Shown here piece after piece: positions 40,848 through 50,382 of a stretch of 64,000 nucleotides of DNA (position 1 is its first letter; each line of letters begins with the position of its first letter). The DNA is from an uncultured Actinomycetota bacterium (GTDB lineage Bacteria > Actinomycetota > Actinomycetes > JAHEKZ01). The stretch is taken from contig CAWHIJ010000003.1 in the NCBI GenBank assembly GCA_963829525.1, forward strand, positions 576,001 through 640,000, read 5' to 3'. The notes below the pieces were generated by a model that was given only the letters and a program-made list of their open reading frames with translations, did not search any database and was not told the DNA's origin. A program made the translations under genes and the position numbers.

Positions 40848-41570
40848 TCAGCCGGACATAGCGTTCATGACCGCTGTGAAGTCTAGGACGGCAACGATGG
40901 GGTCGTCGTTGCGGCGCCCCTTCGACCGGTCGGCCACCTTCTCGCGGGCATCGCGGATGTTCTGGCGAAGGATCTGCTCGGGGGTCGGCTCGGGAGCGAC
41001 GGTCGTTGGGGCAGACTCTGTGGGGGTGCCGGTCGACGTGGTGCCGGTTGAGTCCGAAGCCTCGCCCCCGGAGCCGGAAGGCCCGCCAGCATCAGAGGAC
41101 GCGGGAGCGCCGCTCGGCGTCCGGAACACCTCGGCCACCCAGAACGTGCCGTCATCCCCGACGGCTGTTCCGACGCCCATCTGCGTGTAGCTGGAGTCGA
41201 GTATCTGCGCGCGGTGGTCGGGGCTGTTCATCAGGACGTCGTGTGCCGACCTCCAGTCGCCGGCGTACGCCACGTTCTCACCGATCCGCGACCAACCTCC
41301 GACCTCGCTGGCGAGGTTTGGGTTGTGGTAGAGCTCGCCGGAGGCCGCCATGCGTTCGGCCTGACCGCGCGCCGCCGTAGTCAGGTCGCTGGCGTACGAG
41401 TAGGCCGGAAGACCGGCCGAAGATCTGGCGGCGTTGACCGCCGAGAAGATGTCGCCTTCGTTTGGTCCCGCAAAGGCGGTGCCGGGGACAAGGACGATCG
41501 CCAAGGACGCCGTGAGCAGACCAGCCAGGGTCGTGGCCAGGCGTTGCCGCCATGGACGAACCGGATTCAC
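40848..41570 (-). CDS. Secreted CAP (SCP) domain protein
   Basis: Signal peptide ending AFA, NAAR, GENVA, MNSPDHRAQIL, MGVG, Ser/Thr/Pro tail. Confidence 0.85.
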   Translation of the reverse strand: MNPVRPWRQRLATTLAGLLTASLAIVLVPGTAFAGPNEGDIFSAVNAARSSAGLPAYSYASDLTTAARGQAERMAASGELYHNPNLASEVGGWSRIGENVAYAGDWRSAHDVLMNSPDHRAQILDSSYTQMGVGTAVGDDGTFWVAEVFRTPSGAPASSDAGGPSGSGGEASDSTGTTSTGTPTESAPTTVAPEPTPEQILRQNIRDAREKVADRSKGRRNDDPIVAVLDFTAVMNAMSG

Positions 41571-41748
41571 GCTCTCACCACTCTCGTCGGGGCACTCCTA
41601 GAGGTGTCGGGGCCTCAGGCGCTTCCTTGAGCCGGGATTCACCCGATTGGCCTATTTCTTCGTGTTTCTTCGTGATCTGGCCGACTCAAGGAGGCGTGTC
41701 GGACCAACCCCGGCACCTGGCTGTCCGGCTGTGTCAGACTCACTCGCT

Positions 41749-43275
41749 GTGACGAATGGCCGCCCCTCACACGTCGCGGAGTACCTCTCCCGCGCGGCGG
41801 CTGCGCGCCCCGATCACCCCGGCCTCGTGGTGGGGGCGAGCCGCATGAGCTGGTCCGATGTCGACCGCGCGGCCGACAAGTGCGCCGCGGGGCTCCGGGC
41901 CTGGGGCGTCACGGCCGGTGATCGTGTCGGCCTCTTCCTGGGAAACCGCCCTGAGTTCGTGATCGGCTACTTCGGTGCGCTTCGGGCCGGGGCCGTGGTG
42001 GTCCCGGTTGACCCGGCGCTGACGGCTCCGGAGGTTGCTCAGATTGCCGAGCACGTCGGGCTGTCACTGGTGATGGTCGATCGAAACACCACTGGGGTCG
42101 CGGAGCAGGCGGCGCCGGATCTGCCGCGGGTGTTGGCCGCTGCCGGTGCCCGGGAAAAGTCGTTCGACGCACTGCTCGCGGCCGGCATTGGGGTCGACGT
42201 CCCCATGCCGGCTGGCGGGGAGTCTCTGGCTGTTGTGATCTATACGTCCGGAACCGGTGGCGACGCCAAAGGAGCGATGCTGACGCACCGAGCGCTCATC
42301 GCCAACGTCGAGCAGGTGGCCAGTGCCCAGGTACCAGTCGTCGATCCTGACGATGTGGTGCTCGGGCTGCTGCCACTCACCCACGTCTACGGACTCGCCG
42401 GCACTTTGGGTGCGGTGGTTCGGGCTGCCGCGACGATCGTGCTCGTTGACGGAGTAGACGTCGTGCGGGCTCTGCCACTGGTACCCCAGTACGGAGTCAC
42501 GAACGTCCCGGGTGCGCCGGCCCTCTGGGCCGCTTGGTCTGCGTCTTCGGACGCTGTCGACATGCTCGATGGTTTACGCATCGCCTTCAGCGGATCTGCG
42601 GCGTTGCCGCCTGAGGTGCAGCATCGAGTTCACACTTTGACCGGTTGGTACGTGCACGAGGGGTACGGCCTCACTGAGGCAGCACCGGGCGTGAGCTCGA
42701 CTGTGGTGTCTGGGCACGCCAAGCCGGGGTCGGTCGGCCAGCCCTTCGTCGGTATCGAAGTGCGACTTGTCGACGATGAGGGCGTAGACATCGATCCAGC
42801 TGAGGGTGACCCAGGAGAGATCTGGATCAAGGGCGACAACCTGTTCAGCGGGTACTGGCCCGACGGAGCCGGCGGCCCAGACGCCAACGGTTGGTACGCC
42901 ACCGGAGACGTCGCATTCGCAGATGAGGACGGCGACCTGCACATCGTCGATCGCCGCAAGGATGTCGTCATCGTCAGCGGATTCAACGTGTATCCGCATG
43001 AGGTGGAGACGGTGCTGCTGCAGCTTCCAGGTGTGCGTGAAGCTGCGGCGGTCGGAGTGCCTGATGACCGCACGGGCGAGGCGGTGAAGGCGTTCGTGGT
43101 GCTCGGTGACCGGTCGCTCACGATCGATGAGATCCAGGAGTACGCCGCCGCGCGCCTGGCGCGGTTCAAGCGGCCGAAGGAGGTCGAGGTCGTGGACGCC
43201 CTGCCGCACTCGCTGACCGGCAAGGTGGCGCGAGGTCGACTTCAGCCTGGACGCGTGGGGGAGGAACAGCCATGA
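41749..43275 (+). CDS. Long-chain acyl-CoA synthetase / AMP-binding enzyme
   Basis: YTSGTGGDAKG, EGYGLTE, ATGD, SGFNVYP, TGK; start uncertain. Confidence 0.88.
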   Translation: MTNGRPSHVAEYLSRAAAARPDHPGLVVGASRMSWSDVDRAADKCAAGLRAWGVTAGDRVGLFLGNRPEFVIGYFGALRAGAVVVPVDPALTAPEVAQIAEHVGLSLVMVDRNTTGVAEQAAPDLPRVLAAAGAREKSFDALLAAGIGVDVPMPAGGESLAVVIYTSGTGGDAKGAMLTHRALIANVEQVASAQVPVVDPDDVVLGLLPLTHVYGLAGTLGAVVRAAATIVLVDGVDVVRALPLVPQYGVTNVPGAPALWAAWSASSDAVDMLDGLRIAFSGSAALPPEVQHRVHTLTGWYVHEGYGLTEAAPGVSSTVVSGHAKPGSVGQPFVGIEVRLVDDEGVDIDPAEGDPGEIWIKGDNLFSGYWPDGAGGPDANGWYATGDVAFADEDGDLHIVDRRKDVVIVSGFNVYPHEVETVLLQLPGVREAAAVGVPDDRTGEAVKAFVVLGDRSLTIDEIQEYAAARLARFKRPKEVEVVDALPHSLTGKVARGRLQPGRVGEEQP

Positions 43276-43523
43276 GCGGTGCGCCGGACGCGCGAATCAC
43301 CCTGCTGGGTAAGCCCGGCTGTCATCTCTGCGACGAAGCCCGCGTGGTGATCGAGCGGGTGGCTTCCGACGTGGGCGTTGGCTGGGCCGAGGTCGACATC
43401 ACCGGCGACCCCGAGCTGCGGGCCAAGTGGTGGGACCAGATTCCGGTAACGCTCGTCGACGGCGTCCAGCACGACTTCTGGCGGGTTGACGAGCGGCGGC
43501 TTCGCCAGGCCCTGAGCCGCTAG
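43272..43523 (+). CDS. Glutaredoxin-like protein (DUF836)
   Basis: KPGCHLC, IPV, HDFWRVD. Confidence 0.88.
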   Translation: MSGAPDARITLLGKPGCHLCDEARVVIERVASDVGVGWAEVDITGDPELRAKWWDQIPVTLVDGVQHDFWRVDERRLRQALSR

Positions 43524-43600
43524 CCCCCGGCGTGTCGGGTCCCGCCCCCGACAGCGGACTGGGACTCTAGCCACGTCTTGTTCCTGAGGAGGGGTTGGCG

Positions 43601-43999
43601 ATGGTCGGATTTGGTGAGGCGATCAAGCGGGCGTTTGCCGGCTGGTCAACGTGGGAAGGGCGCGCCACGCGCGCCGAATACTGGTGGTGGTTCCTTTTCG
43701 TGTGGCTGGTGTCGTTCATTCCCTACGTTGGGATCTTCGCGAGCATGGACTGGACGTCGAACGGTGACGGTTCGGTGTCAGGATCCGGCAGCGGCGCGTC
43801 GGTGATCTGGTGGATCATTTTCCTGGTGCTCTGGGCGGCATTCATTCTTCCTTCAATCGCTGTCACCGTTCGCCGGTTGCACGACACGAACCGATCGGGC
43901 TGGTGGTACTGGGTGGCTTTGATTCCCTGCATCGGTGGTATCTGGTACCTGATCTTGATGCTGCAGCCGAGCAGCCAAGGGCAAAACCAGTACGGCTAA
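43601..43999 (+). CDS. DUF805 family membrane protein
   Basis: GRATRAEYWW, VRRLHDTNRSGWW, NQYG. Confidence 0.9.
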   Translation: MVGFGEAIKRAFAGWSTWEGRATRAEYWWWFLFVWLVSFIPYVGIFASMDWTSNGDGSVSGSGSGASVIWWIIFLVLWAAFILPSIAVTVRRLHDTNRSGWWYWVALIPCIGGIWYLILMLQPSSQGQNQYG

Positions 44000-44021
44000 G
44001 GCTCGCAACAAGAGCTCTCCA

Positions 44022-44078
44022 ACAAAGTTGCGCGGGTGCCCGTCTCATAGCGTGAGACGGGCACCCGCGCAACTTTGT
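44022..44078. repeat. Perfect 26-bp inverted repeat with 5-nt loop (terminator or REP-like)
   Basis: ACAAAGTTGCGCGGGTGCCCGTCTCA-TAGCG-TGAGACGGGCACCCGCGCAACTTTGT. Confidence 0.9.
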
Positions 44079-44092
44079 GCGTTCCTTCACAA
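44075..44092. promoter_or_regulatory. Rex operator (ROP) upstream of rex-hem operon
   Basis: TTGTGCGTTCCTTCACAA versus consensus TTGTGAA-N4-TTCACAA. Confidence 0.8.
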
Positions 44093-44205
44093 GCGCCTAA
44101 CCTGACGGCGAGCCCGTTCCCCAGCGCTGGCCCAGCCCTGCACCCTTGCAGGCTCTGGGATCCACGACAGGGGCCGGGCATGTTCCGTAGCCGCAGGAGA
44201 CCGCC

Positions 44206-44895
44206 GTGACCGATCGCGCAGACGCCGAACGCGCTGTCGGCGTACGCCGAGGCGGGGTCCCCGAGGCGACTGTCGGCCGTCTGCCCCTCTATCACCGAGT
44301 GCTCGTTGACCTTGCTGACTCCGGCGTCGCCACTGTTTCATCCGACGCGCTCGCAACTACCGCTGGAGTCAGCCCGGCCAAACTGCGCAAGGACCTTTCC
44401 TTCCTCGGCTCCTACGGCACCCGCGGCGTCGGCTACGAAGTCTCGGTGCTGATCGACCAGATCGGTGCCGAGCTCGGAATCTCTTCCGAATGGCCGGTCG
44501 TCATCGTCGGGATCGGCCACCTCGGCCATGCACTGGCCAACTATGGCGGCTTTGCCTCGCGCGGCTTCCGACTTGTCGCCCTCTTCGATGACGCCCCACA
44601 GCTGGTGGGCACCGAGGTCGCCGGCCTCACCGTACGTCCGTTCGCAGATCTCCCTTCGGTCGCTGGCACCGAGGGAGTGCTGATCGGAGTGGTGGCGACC
44701 CCGGCCCCGGCGGCCCAGCAGGTTGCTGACGCGCTGGTAGCGGCAGGCATCAACAGCATCCTCAACTTCGCGCCGGTCGTCCTCGCGGTGCCGCCCATGG
44801 TTGACGTGCGCAGGGTCGACCTCGCCAGCGAGCTGCAGATCCTTGCCTTCCACCAGCAGCGCCGCAGCGACGATCTCAGGCAGGTGGCTCGATGA
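44206..44895 (+). CDS. rex: Redox-sensing transcriptional repressor Rex
   Basis: ATVGRLPLY, LRKDLSFLGSYGTRGVGY, GIGHLG, ILNFAP. Confidence 0.97.
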   Translation: MTDRADAERAVGVRRGGVPEATVGRLPLYHRVLVDLADSGVATVSSDALATTAGVSPAKLRKDLSFLGSYGTRGVGYEVSVLIDQIGAELGISSEWPVVIVGIGHLGHALANYGGFASRGFRLVALFDDAPQLVGTEVAGLTVRPFADLPSVAGTEGVLIGVVATPAPAAQQVADALVAAGINSILNFAPVVLAVPPMVDVRRVDLASELQILAFHQQRRSDDLRQVAR

Positions 44896-46196
44896 GCCTC
44901 CTTGCCCTCGGTGTGTCACACCGCACCGCACCCGTGCCGATGCTTGAGCGGCTCGCTCTCGCGGCGGACGGGCAGACCAAGCTCCTGCACGAGCTCACCG
45001 AGAACGCGGCTATCCACGAGGCCATGGTGGTGGCCACGTGCAACCGCATCGAGGTTTACGTCGAGGCCGACAAGTTCCACCCCGCAGTGGACGCGGCAAC
45101 CGAAGGGCTTGCCCGGGCCACCGGTGTGTCGCCCGACGAGCTCGTCCCGCACCTGTACGTGCACTACGAGGACCGCGCCATCCAGCATCTTTTCGGAGTG
45201 GCCAGTGGCCTCGACTCGATGGTGGTCGGTGAGTCGCAGATTCTCGGCCAGGTACGTCAGTCGCTGCGAACCGCGCAGGACGAAGGCAGCCTCGGACGCG
45301 ACCTCAACGACCTCGTCCAGACAGCGCTGCGCGTTGGAAAGCGCGCTCATGCCGAGACCGGCATCGACCAGGCCGGCGCATCGCTGGTATCGGTCGGTCT
45401 CGATCTCGCTGCGCGGTCGCTCGAGGGCCTGGCGGGAAGGACAGCCTTCATCGTCGGCGCCGGCTCGATGGCATCGTTGGCGGCAAGCACCGCTGCTCGC
45501 CAGGGAATGAGCGTCATCGTTGCCAACCGCACGGCCGCCCGCGCCGAGCATCTGGCATCGAGCATCGGGGGTCTCGCGATCTCGATCGACGCTATCGCCG
45601 ACGGCATCGCCTCAGCTGATCTGGTGGTCTCGTGCACCGGGGCTGTCGGTCACGTGGTTCCCGCCGACATTGTTGCCGAGGCACGCTTGCAGGCAGGAAA
45701 CCGTACACAGGTGATGCTCGACCTCGCGATGCCACGCGACATCGATCCGGAGGTGCTGGGCGTCCACGGTGTCACCTTGATCGACCTCGACGACCTTGGC
45801 GCGCTGCTCTCCGACGGCCAGTACGAACAGGACGTCGAAGGCGTGCGTCGCATCGTTGGCGCCGAGGTGCAGAACTACCTCAGTGCGCGGGTCGCGGAAA
45901 AGGTGGCGCCGACCGTTGTTGCGCTTCGAGCTCTGGCGTCGGAGATCGTGGCTTATGAGCTCGAGTGGTTCGCGACCAAGCGTCCCGACCTGTCTGAGGC
46001 GGATCGTGCAGACGTTGAGCAACTCCTGCGTCGGGTCGTCGACAAGCTGCTGCACGCCCCCACGGTGCGCGTCAAAGAGCTCGCCGCTGAGCCGGACGGT
46101 GAGGCGTACGCCGAGGCGTTGCACAGACTTTTCAACCTCGACCTGCGAACTGTCGAGGCGCTGCGCACCCCCGACATCGAGGACGGTTCGCGATGA
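44892..46196 (+). CDS. hemA: Glutamyl-tRNA reductase
   Basis: SHRTAP, TCNRIEVY, GLDSMVVGESQILGQV, DLAMPRDI. Confidence 0.97.
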   Translation: MSLLALGVSHRTAPVPMLERLALAADGQTKLLHELTENAAIHEAMVVATCNRIEVYVEADKFHPAVDAATEGLARATGVSPDELVPHLYVHYEDRAIQHLFGVASGLDSMVVGESQILGQVRQSLRTAQDEGSLGRDLNDLVQTALRVGKRAHAETGIDQAGASLVSVGLDLAARSLEGLAGRTAFIVGAGSMASLAASTAARQGMSVIVANRTAARAEHLASSIGGLAISIDAIADGIASADLVVSCTGAVGHVVPADIVAEARLQAGNRTQVMLDLAMPRDIDPEVLGVHGVTLIDLDDLGALLSDGQYEQDVEGVRRIVGAEVQNYLSARVAEKVAPTVVALRALASEIVAYELEWFATKRPDLSEADRADVEQLLRRVVDKLLHAPTVRVKELAAEPDGEAYAEALHRLFNLDLRTVEALRTPDIEDGSR

Positions 46197-47125
46197 CCGC
46201 TCTCAGATTGGGGACGCGAAAGAGCGCGTTGGCGCTCGCACAGTCGACCCTCGTGGCCGACGCTATTCGCTCGGCCACCGGCCGCGAGGTAGAGCTTGTC
46301 CATGTCACCACTGAAGGTGACGTCTCGAAAGAGTCGCTGGCGTCGCTGGGTGGCACCGGAATCTTCGTCAGCGCGCTTCGCGACGCATTGCTGATGGGTG
46401 AGATCGACCTCGCCGTGCATTCGCTCAAAGACCTGCCGACTGACGAGCTGCCCGAGCTCGAGCTTGTTGCCGTCCCCGAGCGTGCGGACGCGCGCGACGC
46501 GTTGGTGGCGCGCGACGGGCTCACCCTCGAGTCCTTGCCGGCCGGTGCCACCGTCGGAACCGGGTCTCCGCGCCGAGCAGCGCAGCTGAAGGCGTTGCGT
46601 CCTGACCTCGACGTCGTCGACATCCGCGGCAACGTCGATACGCGGATCGGGCTGGTCGACTCCGGGCGAGTTGACGCGGTTGTGCTGGCCAAGGCAGGCC
46701 TGCAGCGACTTGGCCGGCTCGACGTCATCACCGAGACCATCGACCCATCGGTGATGCTTCCCGCGCCCGGGCAGGGCGCCCTTGCTGTCGAGGTGGTTCG
46801 CGATCTAGCCAGGGACGATCGGCATGCGCCTCTTCGCCAGATTGACGACGCCGCAACGCGCGCGGCCGTCACCGCAGAACGTGCTGTGCTCTCCGCCCTC
46901 GAGGCGGGTTGCTCAGCCCCTGTCGGCGCCCTCGGCGTCGTCTCCGAGCTCGGGTTCAGTGAGCCCGAGCTCACCCTCGAGGCGCTCGTCGCCTCACCGG
47001 ACGGCTCATCTGTCGTCCGGATGTCCACCACCACGCCTCTGCTCGAGGCCGAGACAGCGGGCCGCCAGCTCGCTGCCCGGTTGCTCGACAGCGGCGTAAC
47101 CGCCACATCAAGGGAACACCTGTGA
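46193..47125 (+). CDS. hemC: Hydroxymethylbilane synthase
   Basis: GTRKSALALAQ, VHSLKDLP, IRGNVDTR, PAPGQGAL, AGCSAP. Confidence 0.97.
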   Translation: MTALRLGTRKSALALAQSTLVADAIRSATGREVELVHVTTEGDVSKESLASLGGTGIFVSALRDALLMGEIDLAVHSLKDLPTDELPELELVAVPERADARDALVARDGLTLESLPAGATVGTGSPRRAAQLKALRPDLDVVDIRGNVDTRIGLVDSGRVDAVVLAKAGLQRLGRLDVITETIDPSVMLPAPGQGALAVEVVRDLARDDRHAPLRQIDDAATRAAVTAERAVLSALEAGCSAPVGALGVVSELGFSEPELTLEALVASPDGSSVVRMSTTTPLLEAETAGRQLAARLLDSGVTATSREHL

Positions 47126-48735
47126 GCACACGTACGACCAAGAAAAAGCCAGTCGGTAGCGTCGCGTTTGTCGGCGCCGGACCGGGTGACCCCGATCTGC
47201 TGACGCTCCGTGCCGTTGACACGCTCCGCCGTGCCGACATCGTCGTCGTCGACCAGCACGCCTCGCGCGCAGCGGCCGCCGCTTACGCGCCGGCCGAGGT
47301 CGAGATCGTCGACGCTTCGTGTGGCCAAGATGGTCAGCCACTCACGCACGCAGCGCGCGCCAAGCTGGTGACGAACGCTGCCAAGAAGGGTGGCGTTGTT
47401 GTCCGACTCATGGACGGCGACCCGGCGCTATTCCACGGCTTCGCCGAAGAGGCGCTGGCGTGTGAAAAGAACGGCATCTCCTTCGAGGTCGTTCCTGGCG
47501 CTTCCACTGTCACGTCGGTTCCGACGTATGCCGGCGTCCCGCTGACCACGGCGAAGACGCGTGCGGTGCACGTGGTCTCGGCCGCTGAGGCCAAGCCGGA
47601 CTGGTCGACGCACACCGACCCGCACACCACGGTGGTCATCCTCGGTGGTGCTGCCCGCGTGGCCGACGCCGCCGCCGGAATGGTCCTGGCCGGGCGCACC
47701 GGTGACACTGCTATCGCCGTGACCTCGCAAGGTTCGGTGACCGAGCAGAAGACGATCGTGTCGACGCTCGAGCACGTCGGCAAAGACCTCAAGGCAGCCA
47801 AGCTTCCTGAGCCGATGCTCGCTGTTGTCGGCGAGGGCGTCGACCTTCGCGATCGGCTCTCCTGGTTCGAGTCCAAGCCGCTCTTCGGCTGGCGGGTGCT
47901 GGTGCCGCGTACCAAGGAGCAGGCTGCGTCGCTCTCCGACCAACTGCGCCGCTATGGCGCCGTGCCCGTCGAGGTGCCGACCATCTCGGTCGAGCCACCC
48001 CGGACGCCGCAGCAGATGGACCGTGCTCTGCACGGCCTGGTTTCCGGCCGCTACCAGTGGGTCGCCTTCACCTCGGTCAACGCGGTGCGCGCCATTCGCG
48101 AGAAGTTCGAGGAGTACGGCCTCGACGCCCGCGCGTTCGCCGGGATCAAGGTGGCGGCAGTGGGCGAGCAGACAGCTGCCTCGCTCATCGCGTTCGGCGT
48201 CAAGCCCGACCTGGTGCCCACGGGCGACCAGTCGGCTGCTGGGCTGCTCGAGGACTGGCCCGCCTACGACGACGTGTTCGACCCGATCAACCGCGTCTTC
48301 TTGCCGCGCGCGGACATCGCTACCGAGACGCTTGTCGCCGGACTGATCGAGCTGGGCTGGGAGGTCGAGGACGTCACGGCTTACCGCACGGTTCGCGCCG
48401 CGCCTCCTGCTGCGGAGATCCGTGAGGCCATTAAGACCGGTGGATTCGACGCCGTGCTGTTTACCTCGTCGAGCACCGTTCGTAACCTCATCGGCATCGC
48501 CGGCAAGCCGCACGCAACCACGGTGGTCGCGTGCATTGGTCCGGCCACGGCCAAGACCGCTGAAGAACACGGTCTGCGCGTCGACGTTCTGGCTGACAAG
48601 CCAGCAGTTGCCGTACTGGCCGAGGGCTTGGCCGACTTCGGTGGTGCGCAGCGTCTTGCAGCGCTGGACGCCGGCGAGACCGTGTGGCGTCCGAGCCTGC
48701 GTCGTGGGGCGGCCCGCCGTAAGGCGAGCAAGTAG
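47122..48735 (+). CDS. hemD: Uroporphyrinogen-III methyltransferase-like / uroporphyrinogen-III synthase fusion
   Basis: VGAGPGDPDLLT N-domain; PLFGWRVLVPR, FTSVNAV, FTSSSTV HemD domain. Confidence 0.93.
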   Translation: MSTRTTKKKPVGSVAFVGAGPGDPDLLTLRAVDTLRRADIVVVDQHASRAAAAAYAPAEVEIVDASCGQDGQPLTHAARAKLVTNAAKKGGVVVRLMDGDPALFHGFAEEALACEKNGISFEVVPGASTVTSVPTYAGVPLTTAKTRAVHVVSAAEAKPDWSTHTDPHTTVVILGGAARVADAAAGMVLAGRTGDTAIAVTSQGSVTEQKTIVSTLEHVGKDLKAAKLPEPMLAVVGEGVDLRDRLSWFESKPLFGWRVLVPRTKEQAASLSDQLRRYGAVPVEVPTISVEPPRTPQQMDRALHGLVSGRYQWVAFTSVNAVRAIREKFEEYGLDARAFAGIKVAAVGEQTAASLIAFGVKPDLVPTGDQSAAGLLEDWPAYDDVFDPINRVFLPRADIATETLVAGLIELGWEVEDVTAYRTVRAAPPAAEIREAIKTGGFDAVLFTSSSTVRNLIGIAGKPHATTVVACIGPATAKTAEEHGLRVDVLADKPAVAVLAEGLADFGGAQRLAALDAGETVWRPSLRRGAARRKASK

Positions 48736-48737
48736 CG

Positions 48738-49718
48738 ATGGCGTTTCCCACCGACCGTCCGCGGCGTCTGCGGCGCACCGCTGCGCTGCGGCGGCTGGTG
48801 GAACAGACCAGGCTTCATCCGGCTGACTTCGTGCTGCCGCTCTTCGTCAAGGAAGGGCTGGCGGAACCGCGGGATGTGGCATCCATGCCGGGGGTGCAGC
48901 AGCATTCGCTCGAGTCGTTGCGCAAGGTAGCGGACGAGGCGGTGACGGCTGGCGTTGGCGGGCTGATTCTCTTTGGAATCCCGGAGGAGAAGGACGCCAC
49001 CGGGACACAGGCCGATGCGGCCGATGGCATCGTGCAGCAGGCGCTTCGCGCGTTGCGCAGCGATCTTGGTGACAGCACTGTGCTGATGGCTGACCTATGC
49101 CTCTGCGAGTACACCGACCACGGCCACTGTGGGCCGCTGACCGCGGATGGCTCTACGGTCGACAACGATGTGACGCTCATGCGCTACGCCTCGGTAGCGA
49201 GGGCACAGGTTGAAGCTGGTGCTGACGTCGTCGCGCCGAGCGGAATGATGGACGGCCAGGTTGGGGTCATCCGTGACGCAATCGACTCTGCTGGCTATGC
49301 CGACCGCGCGATACTCGCGTACGCGGCGAAGTACGCATCGGCGTTCTACGGCCCGTTCCGTGACGCCGCCGAGAGCACGCCGTCGTTCGGTGATCGCCGC
49401 GGATACCAGATGCACCCGGCAAATGGTGATGAGGCAACCCTGGAGGTCTTCGCTGATCTCGAGCAGGGTGCAGACGCGGTGATGGTCAAGCCAGCCGGGC
49501 CATATCTCGACGTGATTGCCCGCATCAGCGACGTCGTTGATGTGCCGGTCGCGGCCTACCAGGTGAGCGGCGAGTACGCGATGCTCGAATCGGCGGCCGC
49601 CCAAGGATGGATCGAACGGGAACGCGCGATCGTCGAGTCGGTCACGGCGATCAAGCGTGCTGGCGCGCGGACCATCCTGACGTACTGGGCCGCCGAGATC
49701 GCCCTGTCGCTCCACTGA
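48738..49718 (+). CDS. hemB: Porphobilinogen synthase
   Basis: RPRRLR, CLCEYTDHGHCG, PSGMMDG, KYASAFYGPFRDA, AYQVSGEY. Confidence 0.97.
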   Translation: MAFPTDRPRRLRRTAALRRLVEQTRLHPADFVLPLFVKEGLAEPRDVASMPGVQQHSLESLRKVADEAVTAGVGGLILFGIPEEKDATGTQADAADGIVQQALRALRSDLGDSTVLMADLCLCEYTDHGHCGPLTADGSTVDNDVTLMRYASVARAQVEAGADVVAPSGMMDGQVGVIRDAIDSAGYADRAILAYAAKYASAFYGPFRDAAESTPSFGDRRGYQMHPANGDEATLEVFADLEQGADAVMVKPAGPYLDVIARISDVVDVPVAAYQVSGEYAMLESAAAQGWIERERAIVESVTAIKRAGARTILTYWAAEIALSLH

Positions 49719-49721
49719 TTG

Positions 49722-49740
49722 GTAGCATATAGAGTAGCAT
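49722..49740 (+). promoter_or_regulatory. Operator/-10 of the mazEF-like module
   Basis: Direct repeat GTAGCAT x2; second TAGCAT is 7 nt before the ATG (leaderless layout). Confidence 0.55.
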
Positions 49741-49747
49741 TACGGGT

Positions 49748-49972
49748 ATGAAACTGAGTGTCAGCCTGCCTGACGAGGACATCGAGTTCATCGACGCCTT
49801 CGCCGAACTCCGCGGGGCGCCTTCGCGGTCGGCCGTGTTGCAGCGGGCGGTCGCGATGCTGCGGCAATCGCAGCTCGCTGAGTCCTATGCGGATGCCTTC
49901 GCCGAGTGGGACCAGTCATCGGACGCGAACGCTTGGGAGTCCGCGACCGATGATGGATGGACGTCGGAGTGA
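49748..49972 (+). CDS. Ribbon-helix-helix antitoxin (MazE-like)
   Basis: MKLSVSLP, SRSAVLQRAV, acidic tail; overlaps toxin start. Confidence 0.88.
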   Translation: MKLSVSLPDEDIEFIDAFAELRGAPSRSAVLQRAVAMLRQSQLAESYADAFAEWDQSSDANAWESATDDGWTSE

Positions 49973-50316
49973 GACGAGGCGAGGTCAGATGGGTGCGGCT
50001 AGACCCCGCTGAGGGATCTGAAGCCAAGAAGCGGCGCCCGGCGATCATCGTGAGCACCGACGGGGCCAATAGCACCGCGTCCCGACTTGGACGTGGGGTT
50101 GTTACCGTCGTTCCGTTGAGTTCGAACACCGCGCGAGTCTTTCCGTTCCAGGTGCTGGTTCCGGCGGAAGCGTCGGGTCTGCAAACGGAAAGCAAAGCGC
50201 AGGCAGAGCAGGTTCGTTCCTTGTCGGTCACGCGCATTGGATCCCGTATCGGAATGCTGCCTGACGACCTTGTCCGGAAGCTCAATGATGCATTGCGAAC
50301 ACACCTCGACCTGTAG
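49969..50316 (+). CDS. mazF: MazF/PemK family endoribonuclease toxin
   Basis: RRGEVRWVRLDPAEGSE, RRPAIIVS, VVPLSS, SKAQAEQVRS. Confidence 0.92.
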   Translation: MRRGEVRWVRLDPAEGSEAKKRRPAIIVSTDGANSTASRLGRGVVTVVPLSSNTARVFPFQVLVPAEASGLQTESKAQAEQVRSLSVTRIGSRIGMLPDDLVRKLNDALRTHLDL

Positions 50317-50382
50317 CAGCGGGACCAACGTCCATCCACGTCGCACGCCTGCGCGCGTACCTTGGCCTTGGAGGTGTCCACC

